Source of the DNA: Candidatus Bathyarchaeia archaeon
Lineage (GTDB): Archaea; Thermoproteota; Bathyarchaeia; Bathyarchaeales; Bathycorpusculaceae
Reading direction: 5' to 3'
DNA length: 64,000 nucleotides
NCBI GenBank assembly: GCA_038883655.1
Contig: JAVZLQ010000004.1
Location: forward strand, 1-64,000
Notes under the pieces: generated by a model
The model's input: only the letters and a program-made list of their open reading frames with translations
Told to the model about the DNA's origin: nothing
Database searches by the model: none
Program-made: the position numbers and the translations under genes
In this document: in pieces, positions 9,632 through 19,313 of the stretch
How positions within the stretch are numbered: the first letter of the stretch is position 1
Layout: each line of letters starts with the position of its first letter

Positions 9632-10687
9632 GTGGTGCAAAAATTGCCGTCAATGTCTCCTAGAAAAGCGTTAAGCATACTGTCACGAGCATTAACCCCA
9701 AACAGGCCATACCACGTGCAATGGATGGTTACAAGAAGGTGCAACTATCGATGCGCAGGATGCAACGTCTGGAGAGAACAAGATGCAGAGGAGCTATCAA
9801 CAGAAGAGGTTAAACGAGGCTTGGACATTCTCCGAAAACTTGGCGTTTTAGAAATCGTGATATCTGGTGGCAACCCGCTTTTGAGGCCTGACATTGACGA
9901 AATCATCGAGTATGCGTCTCGCTTTTTCATAACGACAGTTTATGATAATGGGAGTATGGCGGCGGAAAAAATTGATGCCTTGCGCAACGCGGATTTTGTT
10001 GCAATTTCAATAGACAGTCTAGACCCCGAGAAGAACGATTCCATTAAGGGTGTTAAGGGTTCATGGAAAAAAGCAGTGGATGCTGTTGAAAAACTGCGCA
10101 GTGAAGGAATTAACGTAAGCATCTCGCCAACAATTTCGCAGTTTAACCTTTATGAAATTATGGATTTTACCAAATACTTCTTGGAAAAGGGAGTTCCATT
10201 ATGGTATTGTCTATACTCCTTTGACCTTTCAGACCGGGCGAATTCGCTTTTTGGTATAGGTAAAGCAAACGACGAATTCCTCATAGAGGATGGTAAGACG
10301 ATGGTTAAACTGTGCGATTCTCTGATGGATTTGAAGCGTAAAAATGGCAAAATTTTGATGACTACAAAAGTTTTGGAAGCAGTTAAATCTCTTTACGCAA
10401 CTGGTGAGAGAACATGGAGGTGCTGCGCTTTACGGAGTTTCTTTGTAATAAACCATTTGGGCGAGGTTTCTGGTTGCCACCTCCACAAGCCTGCTGCCTC
10501 AATTTTTGAGTTACCAAAGGTTTGGAACAGCAAAAAGTTTAACACCCTGAGGGAAGCGTATGGCAAGTGCCATGATTGTACTTACCTCTGTTACATCTTC
10601 TATTCCATTCATGGAAGTGTAATTGGCAACATGCAAATAGCCAGAGATAGGTGGCGAAGCGCAAAACTTTTTTTGAAGAGAGATTAG
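9632..10687 (+). CDS. Radical SAM protein with C-terminal SPASM/twitch-like Cys domain
   Basis: CNYRCAGC, SGGNPLLR, ISIDS, C-terminal CC..GC..CHDC..LC. Confidence 0.9.
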   Translation: MVQKLPSMSPRKALSILSRALTPNRPYHVQWMVTRRCNYRCAGCNVWREQDAEELSTEEVKRGLDILRKLGVLEIVISGGNPLLRPDIDEIIEYASRFFITTVYDNGSMAAEKIDALRNADFVAISIDSLDPEKNDSIKGVKGSWKKAVDAVEKLRSEGINVSISPTISQFNLYEIMDFTKYFLEKGVPLWYCLYSFDLSDRANSLFGIGKANDEFLIEDGKTMVKLCDSLMDLKRKNGKILMTTKVLEAVKSLYATGERTWRCCALRSFFVINHLGEVSGCHLHKPAASIFELPKVWNSKKFNTLREAYGKCHDCTYLCYIFYSIHGSVIGNMQIARDRWRSAKLFLKRD

Positions 10688-10947
10688 GCTTCCAAATTGT
10701 ACAAAAAGCTGAGTATTCCAGCAACTTTCTGCGTCAGTTGCTGGTCAAAATGATGTTCATCTTCCACGTTGGATAGCATTCTTCCTCTCACTTGCGGAAT
10801 CATGTTAAACTTTTCTATCATCCTTGGTCCAGCATCCTTCGGCCTTTTAATTTCGATTAGTGCCGGCAAAAGCATGATGAAAATGAAGGCTGCGATTCCT
10901 AAGATTATGGCTGAAAATTCTGTTGAGTTCGGATTCGGAACGGTCAT
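10684..10947 (-). CDS. Small single-TM membrane protein
   Basis: Hydrophobic N-terminal helix; start overlaps the stop of the upstream GT2 gene (ATGA). Confidence 0.65.
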   Translation of the reverse strand: MTVPNPNSTEFSAIILGIAAFIFIMLLPALIEIKRPKDAGPRMIEKFNMIPQVRGRMLSNVEDEHHFDQQLTQKVAGILSFLYNLEA

Positions 10948-12242
10948 CTTTTTGTTGATATGCTACGATTCAAAATATAACCATTTCCATTGCCAGAATG
11001 AAATGTTTTTGTCCAGTTAAGTTCACTCCTTCTGAGTAGTTTTTCAACACACAAGTCTACAAGTGCCTTCGTGCATATGGGTATGTTATATATGAAGGCG
11101 AAAACTAGAAGTGGAAGAAGCCAGTGTGCCCTCGTTCTTCCATCAAGGTATGTTCCTGTTCCAACCTCAAAAAATGGGGCAAAGTTCCCCACAAAACTGT
11201 AAATTGAGATGGGAATCGTCGACCAGAGTATGTGTATTTGATGCTGTTTAAGCATAAACAGCGCAACTCCTATGATAAGTGAGAATAGGACGATTATGGG
11301 CATGAAATACACGTTTAGAAGGAGGAAACCGTCAATTTTCTCTTTTAAATTTAAATTTCTGCTCTTTAAAACGTTCAGCGTATGTTTGAAGGCGCATTGC
11401 ATGTGCCCCTTAGCCCATCTGTACCGTTGTTTCCAGTAGGCTTGCCAACTTTCAACGGCCTCCTCATAACATTCTGCCTCATTTACATAACGCACTTTAT
11501 AACCTTCAAGGTAGGCGCTAAAGGTTAAATCAGTGTCCTCCGCAAGCATGTTTTCATCCCAACCGCGCAAAAGCTCTAGTAAGTTGCGTCTTATTCCACC
11601 AACTGTTCCGCCGAATTGTGGGATAAGCCCCAAATCATTCCTTGCTTGCTGGTCAATTCTGTATCCACCTATCCTTTCCAGCGCAACAAGTCTTGTTACA
11701 ATGTTTTGTGGTTCATTTAGAACCGTGATTCTTCCCTGCACTATTCCAACTTTTGGATCTGCAAATTCTCTTACAAGTTTTTCAATTATGTCACATTGTG
11801 GGTAATAGTCTGCGTCAAAGCAGAAGATGAATTCGCCGCTTGAATGTGCGAATCCAGCATTTAATGCTGACGCCTTTCCCTTTCCGCCCTCTTTTTCGCT
11901 TCTGTGTATAACTTTGATGTAGTTATTTGCTGTCGCATATTGATTTGCTATTGCGCCAGTTTTGTCTGTTGATGCGTCGTTGATGACTATTACTTCCATT
12001 TTATCCTTTGGATAAGTCAGCTCTGTCATTCTTTGAAGTATTCTTCCGATTACATTTTCTTCGTTGCGTGCTGGAATCAATATTGAAACTTTAGGATAGC
12101 CCATCTCGCTATTGTTAGTGGCTCTTTTGCGTTTGTCTACGTTTTTCAGAACGGTTAATGTGAAAACGTAGTGTCTTATAAGATAGGCTGTCATTAAAAT
12201 TGCCAAAACTATGAATAGTGCCTCTAAAACTTCAATGATCAA
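10944..12242 (-). CDS. Processive membrane GT2 (cellulose synthase/BcsA-like)
   Basis: DASTD, GKASALN, FDAD, AEDTD, QRYRW (D,D,D,QxxRW) plus TM helices. Confidence 0.9.
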   Translation of the reverse strand: MIIEVLEALFIVLAILMTAYLIRHYVFTLTVLKNVDKRKRATNNSEMGYPKVSILIPARNEENVIGRILQRMTELTYPKDKMEVIVINDASTDKTGAIANQYATANNYIKVIHRSEKEGGKGKASALNAGFAHSSGEFIFCFDADYYPQCDIIEKLVREFADPKVGIVQGRITVLNEPQNIVTRLVALERIGGYRIDQQARNDLGLIPQFGGTVGGIRRNLLELLRGWDENMLAEDTDLTFSAYLEGYKVRYVNEAECYEEAVESWQAYWKQRYRWAKGHMQCAFKHTLNVLKSRNLNLKEKIDGFLLLNVYFMPIIVLFSLIIGVALFMLKQHQIHILWSTIPISIYSFVGNFAPFFEVGTGTYLDGRTRAHWLLPLLVFAFIYNIPICTKALVDLCVEKLLRRSELNWTKTFHSGNGNGYILNRSISTKR

Positions 12243-12634
12243 ATGGCTTCACCCTTTCTTCGCAGTGCCGTTAGGCTGATTGACCAAAAGAAAACAGTCC
12301 ACATGACGTTTAAGAATGGGTTAATAAGCGCGTATAGGATCTTGAAGGGCTCTCCGATGTAGTATGCTCCAAAATGGGAGAATAGAAAGAAAAGGTGATT
12401 CCAATAGAAGCCGCAAGCGTTACCTAAGAGTAGAAGACAGGCTTTACGTGTTGCGGAACCTTCCAAATAAAATGTTAGGGTAGTAAAGAGGATGTTAAAA
12501 ACAGCAAGCATGACGGTTGATTCCGCATTTATGAAAATTGCTGATAAAAGCAGGCATAACGTAATGCCCATCACGGAAAGTGCGGCTATTATTGTCTTTT
12601 CAAATTTGATTATTTTCAACAGCCTTCCCTCCAT
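12239..12634 (-). CDS. Hypothetical 4-TM membrane protein
   Basis: Hydrophobic throughout; stop overlaps the GT2 start. Confidence 0.65.
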   Translation of the reverse strand: MEGRLLKIIKFEKTIIAALSVMGITLCLLLSAIFINAESTVMLAVFNILFTTLTFYLEGSATRKACLLLLGNACGFYWNHLFFLFSHFGAYYIGEPFKILYALINPFLNVMWTVFFWSISLTALRRKGEAI

Positions 12635-12724
12635 GATTTAGAATTTAATTCTAGAAGGCAAAACTAGAGAATTGTTCTAGAAGTTTTTAAAATTTGCGCA
12701 ATTCTCTATAAACTGCTAAACACG

Positions 12725-13333
12725 TTATTCTTTTCCTCTTCTACGGAGAACCATGTTATCTATTACGCTGCAGAGGGTTTGAAAAACCTCCTCAGCCCCG
12801 AGGTTTTCCGTATCCAAGATTAGGTGGAATGGCGCGAAGTCTTCTCCGAGGCAAAAGCCATAAAGCCTCTTGTATATTTCCTTTGTCTGCTCTTCCTTTT
12901 TCTCTAGAGCCTTTAGAGCTTGTTCGACCCTTATTCCATCCCGTTTCGCTATTCTTTCAGCCCTTTTCCTCGGCGAGGCTTCAAGCCATACTTTGAATCC
13001 ATTTTCGAGAAGCCATGGCATCGTCCAGCTGTCTAAGACCACGTTTCCTTCCTTCGCTAGTTCCAAGAGTTTCTCATCGACCTTCCTGTCAAATTTTGGG
13101 TCTCTTCCTCGTCTTTCAAGGAAGCGCATTCCCTCTGGGCTTTCCCACCATCCGCGCTCAAATGGCTTGTAACCCTCTTCTATGGCTAGAGCTTTTAATG
13201 CATCACCGCCCGAATAATATGTTAAGCCGTATTTTTCAGCTAGCTTTTTTGCAAGTGTGCTTTTTCCGCTTCCAGCTAATCCGCAAATGCAGATAATTAT
13301 GTTCTCTTTTTCCGTTTTTCTGCCTTTTTCCAT
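12725..13333 (-). CDS. cmk: Cytidylate kinase (archaeal type)
   Basis: GLAGSGKST P-loop, DRKVD, RAERIAKRD; follows rpl34e. Start refined to ATG 13333. Confidence 0.88.
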   Translation of the reverse strand: MEKGRKTEKENIIICICGLAGSGKSTLAKKLAEKYGLTYYSGGDALKALAIEEGYKPFERGWWESPEGMRFLERRGRDPKFDRKVDEKLLELAKEGNVVLDSWTMPWLLENGFKVWLEASPRKRAERIAKRDGIRVEQALKALEKKEEQTKEIYKRLYGFCLGEDFAPFHLILDTENLGAEEVFQTLCSVIDNMVLRRRGKE

Positions 13334-13356
13334 TCGCCTTGGCTCCTGGAGACCGC

Positions 13357-13626
13357 TTACATTGCTCTTGCTGCTTGTTTTAAAGCCTTTTTTAGGCAGC
13401 TGTGGCATATTTTTCCGCCATGCAGGCGCCAAATTCTTCTTTTTGTTCTGTTGAGTTTACGTGCTTCAGCTGTTGTTAAGTGCGGTATCCCAGCTAATGG
13501 TTTTTTGCATAAGGCGCATGTTGGTGCCGCATTTAACTCCTTTTTGTAGCGTGTCGTGTTTCTGCCGCCTGGCAGCGCCACCGTTAAGCGCTTCTCGCTT
13601 CTTGTTCTAAGGTGAGGCTGCGGCAT
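13357..13626 (-). CDS. rpl34e: 50S ribosomal protein eL34 (divergent)
   Basis: LPGGR...CALCKKPLAGIP...GGKICHSCL; conserved operon position. Confidence 0.85.
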   Translation of the reverse strand: MPQPHLRTRSEKRLTVALPGGRNTTRYKKELNAAPTCALCKKPLAGIPHLTTAEARKLNRTKRRIWRLHGGKICHSCLKKALKQAARAM

Positions 13627-13641
13627 TTTCGCTATCCCCCC

Positions 13642-14097
13642 TTATTCTATTGGCATTATGCCCAACAATCTGTTAAAAATTGTGCCGAAGAAGAATGAGC
13701 ATATAAAGTACCACCAAATTACAGGAATCGACATGACGCCTGGAATGTAAGCAACATTATCTACGCCATGTAATACGTTGGGCAATACAAATAACCATAC
13801 AACAATATAGCTTAGGGAGATGACAAACAGCACCATTTGGGGTTTAGCCATCTTCGCTTGCATGCTCAAGATTTGGGGTTCTTTTTTCTTCAGTTTCTCG
13901 AGAAGTTTCTTGTCTTTTGTGCGTATTGCCACAGACGTCTGGGAGCGGTATTCTGCAATCTCTTTTTGCATTCGTCTGTATTGTTCCCAGCCTACAAAAT
14001 GGCTTATGAGCAGACGGTTAATTGAGGAGCTTGTAAACGAGATTGCCATGCATATTAGCATTACAACGAATGTGTCTTGTGGAATTAGGGCTTGCAT
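13642..14097 (-). CDS. DUF106 / EMC3-TMCO1 (Oxa1 superfamily) membrane insertase
   Basis: TM, coiled coil, TM, WWYFICSF; located downstream of secY. Confidence 0.85.
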   Translation of the reverse strand: MQALIPQDTFVVMLICMAISFTSSSINRLLISHFVGWEQYRRMQKEIAEYRSQTSVAIRTKDKKLLEKLKKKEPQILSMQAKMAKPQMVLFVISLSYIVVWLFVLPNVLHGVDNVAYIPGVMSIPVIWWYFICSFFFGTIFNRLLGIMPIE

Positions 14098-14185
14098 TTT
14101 TGCAGCATCCTTTTCTCTTTGTTTGCTTTCAACTTAATAACTATTATTACTGATGCATTGCAAAGTTTAAAATATGCTAAATGGT

Positions 14186-15613
14186 TTATTCGCCGAATAT
14201 GCGCCTAAACGCTGGGTACATTTCTGAGACTCTTTCACGCGTCAAAATTTCATAGTACTGGTAGATTATGCCAACGGAAAGCATTATGCCTATTCCAGAG
14301 CCGAAAACGCCGAAGATGTCTGAAACTCCGGCAATCAACCCAACGATTATTCCGCCTAGAACAGTGACCGTTGGAATATAACGTTTCAATATTGGCTCCA
14401 CAGCCTTTTCAGAACGCCTATAACCCGGAATCTGCATGCCAGCGTCAACAAGCTGCTTAGCCACAGTTGATGGTCCGAGTCCGCCAACCTCAAGCCATAT
14501 AAGCGAGAAAAACGCACAGAAAGCCACCAGAATTGCTATGTAACCAACAGTCCTTATCGGGTCTTCCATCGCCCTTGCGAAGTTTCCAGGCGAGGTTACA
14601 TAATAAACGAGCCCGCCTACTGGTTCGAGGCGCCGGTTTTGTCCTTCTCCGACGAATTGAAATTGTCCTAGAAGGTTGAACCAGAATATTTCATTGGTTC
14701 TGTTGTAGGAGCTCCAGAAAAGTTGTGAGAAGAAGTATATGTTTGCGAATAGCGCTGAAGCGAATATTACTGGAAGGTTTGACACGTACAGTAGCTTTAT
14801 TGGGTAGCGGCTGCGAAACCCCTTGTAACCAGCATAAGAAAGTGGCAATTCTACTCTAACTCCTTCAGCGTAGATTATAATCAAAAATGCGGCGATTGTG
14901 GCTATGAAACCCAACATGGAAGGATATTGTCCCCTAACCAAGAGACCGGTTATGGGCTTTCCGCTTGATAACGTTTGGAATAAAGCCACAAAAAAGCCTG
15001 TGCTTCCGAATTCATCAACTTGCGCTGTTACGGCAAAGCAGTCCCAGAATATGCGCTGTGCAACACCTGCCAAGATAAAAAGGCTTATTCCGCTGCCGAA
15101 GCCCCAACCTTTCTGTACAAGCTCGTCCAGAAGCAGAATTATAATTCCAGCTGCTAAAAGTTGTAGAAAGACTATTACGGCTATTGAGGGTTGTAGTTGG
15201 CCGTACATCCCCCCAATTATGTAGGCTAGCGCTTGAACGCCAGTTAACACCATTGCAAACGCCTTACTTGCCACGGTGAATAATTTTCTATCTTCAGGGT
15301 TTGACATGTTGCACTCTATCATTGCCGAGCCAATCAAAAGCTGCAGTATTAATCCGCCAGTAACTATTGGCCCTATGCCCAGTTCTGCGAGTGTGCCGCG
15401 GTTTGATGCAAAAATTATTCTGAGGGCAGCAAGTTCTCCTAGGGCCGTTCTTTCGATGCCGAAAAGTGGGACTTCAGCCATTATTAGATATATTATTGCT
15501 GCGAGTGCCGTCCAGAAAAGCTTTTCGTTGAAGCGCACTCTTCTTTCCGGAGCCTTAATTTCTGGTATGATTCTTGCAATAGGCTTGAACGCATTTAGGA
15601 ATCTGCCAGCCAT
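14186..15613 (-). CDS. secY: Preprotein translocase SecY/Sec61alpha
   Basis: ELGIGPIVT, GFGSGISLFI, YPIKLLYVSNLPVIF, IPGYRR. Confidence 0.97.
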   Translation of the reverse strand: MAGRFLNAFKPIARIIPEIKAPERRVRFNEKLFWTALAAIIYLIMAEVPLFGIERTALGELAALRIIFASNRGTLAELGIGPIVTGGLILQLLIGSAMIECNMSNPEDRKLFTVASKAFAMVLTGVQALAYIIGGMYGQLQPSIAVIVFLQLLAAGIIILLLDELVQKGWGFGSGISLFILAGVAQRIFWDCFAVTAQVDEFGSTGFFVALFQTLSSGKPITGLLVRGQYPSMLGFIATIAAFLIIIYAEGVRVELPLSYAGYKGFRSRYPIKLLYVSNLPVIFASALFANIYFFSQLFWSSYNRTNEIFWFNLLGQFQFVGEGQNRRLEPVGGLVYYVTSPGNFARAMEDPIRTVGYIAILVAFCAFFSLIWLEVGGLGPSTVAKQLVDAGMQIPGYRRSEKAVEPILKRYIPTVTVLGGIIVGLIAGVSDIFGVFGSGIGIMLSVGIIYQYYEILTRERVSEMYPAFRRIFGE

Positions 15614-15626
15614 TATTTAACAGCCC

Positions 15627-16067
15627 TTATTCCACTTGTTCTTCGCTTGCTGCTATAATTTCTCCGCCAGCCTCTTTTATCTTTTCAGCCGCAGAGCTTG
15701 AACAAACTGCGATTTTCACTTTAAGCGGTTTCGTCACTTTGCCAGCGCCTAGAAGTTTTGTGTAACCTAAACTCTCCAGGTCTATGAATGTTTTTTCTTC
15801 ATCCTTTGTTTGCGTCATTTTTTCGGCTATTTCATCGAGTTCTCCAACGTTTATGATTTTTTCCTTTGTTTTGAGGCTTTTTGGTGAGGTAAATCCTTTC
15901 TTGCCGAAGTATTCGGGCTCGTATTTTATGACGTAGCTCCATCCGTGCTTATGTCTTCCAGCCTTACGATAGCCTTTAGAGCCTGTTTTTCTGTGCTGTC
16001 CTACTCTGCCGTAGCCGCATGTTCTTGAACCACGCTTTTTTCGGATTTTCCTAAGTTTATGTGGCAT
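15627..16067 (-). CDS. rpl15: 50S ribosomal protein uL15
   Basis: RGSRTCGYG, GKKGF, INVGEL, KLLGAG, AAEKIKEAGG. Confidence 0.95.
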   Translation of the reverse strand: MPHKLRKIRKKRGSRTCGYGRVGQHRKTGSKGYRKAGRHKHGWSYVIKYEPEYFGKKGFTSPKSLKTKEKIINVGELDEIAEKMTQTKDEEKTFIDLESLGYTKLLGAGKVTKPLKVKIAVCSSSAAEKIKEAGGEIIAASEEQVE

Positions 16068-16521
16068 TCTCTAAACCAGCTATTTTGTCCATTACCTTCT
16101 TTTCAGCAGCCTTCTTTAATCGTACTTCAAGCACGCCATTTTTATATGTTGTGCGCAAAGTGTCTGGAATCACTTGCGAAGGAAAATTTAAACTTTTATG
16201 AAAACGCCTATCAAAAGCTTCTGCGGAAAGAATCAGTTGCTGTTCCTTAGCTCTTATCTTTAGATTTTCTCTAGAGAAGCCTGCAAGCCCCGCCACAACT
16301 ACTATTTCATCATCTTCTTCGAAAACATCCACCAAGGGCTTCGGTTCCCTCCACTTTTTCGCTTTGTGCAATTTTATTGAGATTTTATGGGCATTATGGT
16401 TCCTTCGCGCTTTGACTTTCCTTACATTTACGTGTTTCTTGATGTCGACGAAATCCTTGTCTTCCCTGAAGGCTTTTAGCCATCTCGAATTTTTCTTGCT
16501 TCTCCTCCACTTTGCGCTCAA
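16057..16521 (-). CDS. Hsp20/alpha-crystallin-domain protein with basic N-terminus
   Basis: PLVDVFEEDDEIVVVAGLAG...TYKNGVLEVRLKK. Confidence 0.8.
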   Translation of the reverse strand: MSAKWRRSKKNSRWLKAFREDKDFVDIKKHVNVRKVKARRNHNAHKISIKLHKAKKWREPKPLVDVFEEDDEIVVVAGLAGFSRENLKIRAKEQQLILSAEAFDRRFHKSLNFPSQVIPDTLRTTYKNGVLEVRLKKAAEKKVMDKIAGLENAT

Positions 16522-16602
16522 AGTTTTCTCCCCTAGGATACAAAGGCATTCCAGAAGTTACTATAAAATGTATCGCAAAAGAACTTGTTAAAACGAATAT
16601 GG

Positions 16603-17091
16603 CTATATCATCCGCTTTATTAACTCATTGATTTTTTCTCCGCGATATCCAAGCTCGCCGCCGACGCTATAGCTCTTCTTGATTTTTCCCTTGAAACCCT
16701 TTGTGGGCGGATGAAGCCTAAAAACAGGTTGGATTTTCGGCAATTTCCAGTATTCAACCTTGCAGTTTAAAATGGCTTCTGCAAGCTCTTCAAGCGATTT
16801 ATAACCTACACTCTGCGCATACTCGTCGGTCAACTTCTTGCCACCGACAAGCTTTCCACGCTTCTTTATCAGCGCTGTTATCGTCTCTTTTGAGGCTTCT
16901 CCCCAGGTTATAAAGTTCTGTGCCGTTCTTAACATGCCGAGGAATGAAGGGCGGTTGTCAATTAATACGGCATAGTTATTTCTTGTCAAGCGGAGCATTT
17001 CTAGGGTTTCCCTTACCTCCAGCGGGGCGCTAATTGTCCCGCGCACCCTCAAAGCGATTATGCATTTGCGTTCTTCTGCTTTTTCAGCCAC
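16603..17091 (-). CDS. rpl30: 50S ribosomal protein uL30
   Basis: LRVRG, TLEMLRL, ITWGE, FRLHPP, GELGYRG. Confidence 0.95.
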   Translation of the reverse strand: MAEKAEERKCIIALRVRGTISAPLEVRETLEMLRLTRNNYAVLIDNRPSFLGMLRTAQNFITWGEASKETITALIKKRGKLVGGKKLTDEYAQSVGYKSLEELAEAILNCKVEYWKLPKIQPVFRLHPPTKGFKGKIKKSYSVGGELGYRGEKINELIKRMI

Positions 17092-17739
17092 CTACTTCAC
17101 CCAATCCATCGGCGTTATAAGGCTGTAAGTCTTTTTCAAAGCATCAAAAACCGCATGAGCGAATGAAGGAACAGTTCTTGTTGAACCATAACTTCTAGTC
17201 CAACAATCCTTTATTCCAGCTAAACCCAAAATCACTTTTGAAACTTCGCTTGCAACAAGACCCAAGCCTCTCGGACCTGGAATAATGACTACTTTTACAC
17301 CGCCGCATTTTCCCTCAACTTGGAATGGCACTGAATGCGGTTTTCCACAGCCGCATTCCCAGCTTCCGCAACCCCTTCTTACTGGCGTTATATTTAAGCG
17401 GGCTTCAGCCGCCGCCTTTTCGATGGCTGTTCGCACTTGACTTGCCTTTCCAGCTCCTAAGCCTATGTAGCCGTCCCTGTTTCCAACCGCGACTATCGCC
17501 TTGAATCTTGATTTTTCGCCAGCGTCCGTTTGTTTTTGAACAAGGTTTATGTTTATGACTTCCTCCTCCAACTCTGGTAAAAGCACATCAACTATTTGCG
17601 GTTCGCGTATCTGATAACCGCCTGCAAAAACTTCTTCGATTGATGTTATCCTTCCTTCTTGAATCATTTTTCCAAGGCGGGTTTTTGGAACCCATTGTTC
17701 CAGGGCTTCAGATTTTCCTCTTTCCTCATTTCTGGACAT
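17092..17739 (-). CDS. rps5: 30S ribosomal protein uS5
   Basis: WVPKTRLG, VQKQTDAG, RRGCGSWEC, PRGLGLV. Confidence 0.97.
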   Translation of the reverse strand: MSRNEERGKSEALEQWVPKTRLGKMIQEGRITSIEEVFAGGYQIREPQIVDVLLPELEEEVININLVQKQTDAGEKSRFKAIVAVGNRDGYIGLGAGKASQVRTAIEKAAAEARLNITPVRRGCGSWECGCGKPHSVPFQVEGKCGGVKVVIIPGPRGLGLVASEVSKVILGLAGIKDCWTRSYGSTRTVPSFAHAVFDALKKTYSLITPMDWVK

Positions 17740-18344
17740 CATTTCTTTTTGCCTCCGCCCTTAAATGCGGCTAAAATGCTTGTCCTAACATGGGCAAAAT
17801 GTTTTGCAATGTTTTCAGGTGGAACTTCATTCTTTAAATATTGTGAGAACCTTAACTGATAACTTTCCGTGTTTGAGGCTAAAATTTTTGCGTATTCGGC
17901 AATGTGTTCACCGTTTATCCTTTTCTCATCTGGCAGTTTTTCCTCGCTGTGCGGAACTTCAACTTTAGCGTCTAAAAATCCTTTGAGGGCGGCGAAAACC
18001 CTTGCACCCTTTGATGGCGAACGCAATCCAATGTCTAAAATTGCCTCTTCCACACCATTTGATTTCGCCCTCAACCCACATAGAAGACCCGTCAAGTAGG
18101 CTGCTGGGATGTTTCCCCTAGGAGCCTTCCACCCAAAATCTTCCAGTTCTCTGCTGTGCGCTGAAACTAAAACTTTGTCTCCCTCTGGCTCAGCTATGAT
18201 GACTTGTGCAATCACGTTTTTAAGTGATGGACGAACAACAAGGCGTGGCTTACCAGAAATTATTAGAGCCTTCCTTTTTCTATAGTCGGTCTTTCCCTCT
18301 CTTTTGCGGCGGAATGGCACACAATAGTTTGAACCCCTTGCCAT
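17739..18344 (-). CDS. rpl18: 50S ribosomal protein uL18
   Basis: RRKREGKTDY, PRLVVR, AAYLTG, ILDIG. Confidence 0.96.
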   Translation of the reverse strand: MARGSNYCVPFRRKREGKTDYRKRKALIISGKPRLVVRPSLKNVIAQVIIAEPEGDKVLVSAHSRELEDFGWKAPRGNIPAAYLTGLLCGLRAKSNGVEEAILDIGLRSPSKGARVFAALKGFLDAKVEVPHSEEKLPDEKRINGEHIAEYAKILASNTESYQLRFSQYLKNEVPPENIAKHFAHVRTSILAAFKGGGKKK

Positions 18345-18799
18345 CAGCGTTTCCTCCAGAGTTCATGAGCCTTTAAATAACGTTCCATGTCGGAGACGGA
18401 GCTGAATCTTCCGCTGCTCGCCATTTTGTAGAGCTTTCTATAGGCGCTTTCGGTGATAATCTTCTTAGCCTTTAACTCGCGGAGCCTCTTTCTTAAAGCC
18501 CTAATCCTAGTCATCCAAGCCTCCTTTTTCGAAATCTTTGCGTGTGCCGCGCCGCTTCTGCTTCCTGTGCCGCGTCGTCTTCCACGCTTCTTCTTTTCAT
18601 GCAAGATTCGTGCTCTTGCGCGGCTTACCCCCCTCTCCGGTAACGGCTTAATCACGCCTTCATGGATAAGTTTTCTAATTTCCTCCCTTGTTATCGCAGC
18701 CTCTACATCATCAGCTCTTTCCGGGTCTATCCATACTCTGCTCTCGCCAACCTTAAGTATCTTCGCTGCTAATCGTCTTTGACTTCTAAGCTGTGTCAA
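18344..18799 (-). CDS. rpl19e: 50S ribosomal protein eL19
   Basis: QRRLAAKIL, RVWIDP, AITREEIR, WMTRIRALR; TTG start inferred. Confidence 0.95.
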   Translation of the reverse strand: MTQLRSQRRLAAKILKVGESRVWIDPERADDVEAAITREEIRKLIHEGVIKPLPERGVSRARARILHEKKKRGRRRGTGSRSGAAHAKISKKEAWMTRIRALRKRLRELKAKKIITESAYRKLYKMASSGRFSSVSDMERYLKAHELWRKR

Positions 18800-19313
18800 T
18801 GCTCTTCTGCTCTCCTTCAACCTTCTTTCTTCTTGGTTTTCGCTTTACTGCTTTTTCCATTACTTCCTCTTTGGCTTCAGTTTCCTTTTCTTCCTCAGCA
18901 ATTTCTTTTGTTTCTTTAACTTCCTTAACGTTTAAGATAACTATCCGCTTTTTCCTTGCCTCGGTCAGAATTTGAGCGCGCTTCTTCTTTCCAACAGTAT
19001 GTGCAATTCTTATAGCTTGCGTTTTAGGGTCAATCTTCTTAAGATCCTCAACTTTGTAAACGAGAATTTCTTGATAACCTGATGGATGAAGCCCTCTTGC
19101 AGCTTTTGGTCCCCTATAGCCAGTGTTCACTGTCGGCGGCCATCCCTTTATTTTTCTTCGCATTTTGTTGTCTATGCCCTTTGGTCTCCGCCAGTTTTCC
19201 TTCAAACGTTTGTATCGCCAACTCTCTTGCCTAACAAAGTCTGGTTTTTTGGCTTTCACTCGACTGCGGATTTCTAATGCCTTTTCGATGGCAAGTGCTT
19301 TTGGTTTTTTCAT
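18786..19313 (-). CDS. rpl32e: 50S ribosomal protein eL32 (charged C-terminal tail)
   Basis: FVRQES, WRRPKGIDNK, RGLHPSG. Confidence 0.96.
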   Translation of the reverse strand: MKKPKALAIEKALEIRSRVKAKKPDFVRQESWRYKRLKENWRRPKGIDNKMRRKIKGWPPTVNTGYRGPKAARGLHPSGYQEILVYKVEDLKKIDPKTQAIRIAHTVGKKKRAQILTEARKKRIVILNVKEVKETKEIAEEEKETEAKEEVMEKAVKRKPRRKKVEGEQKSIDTA

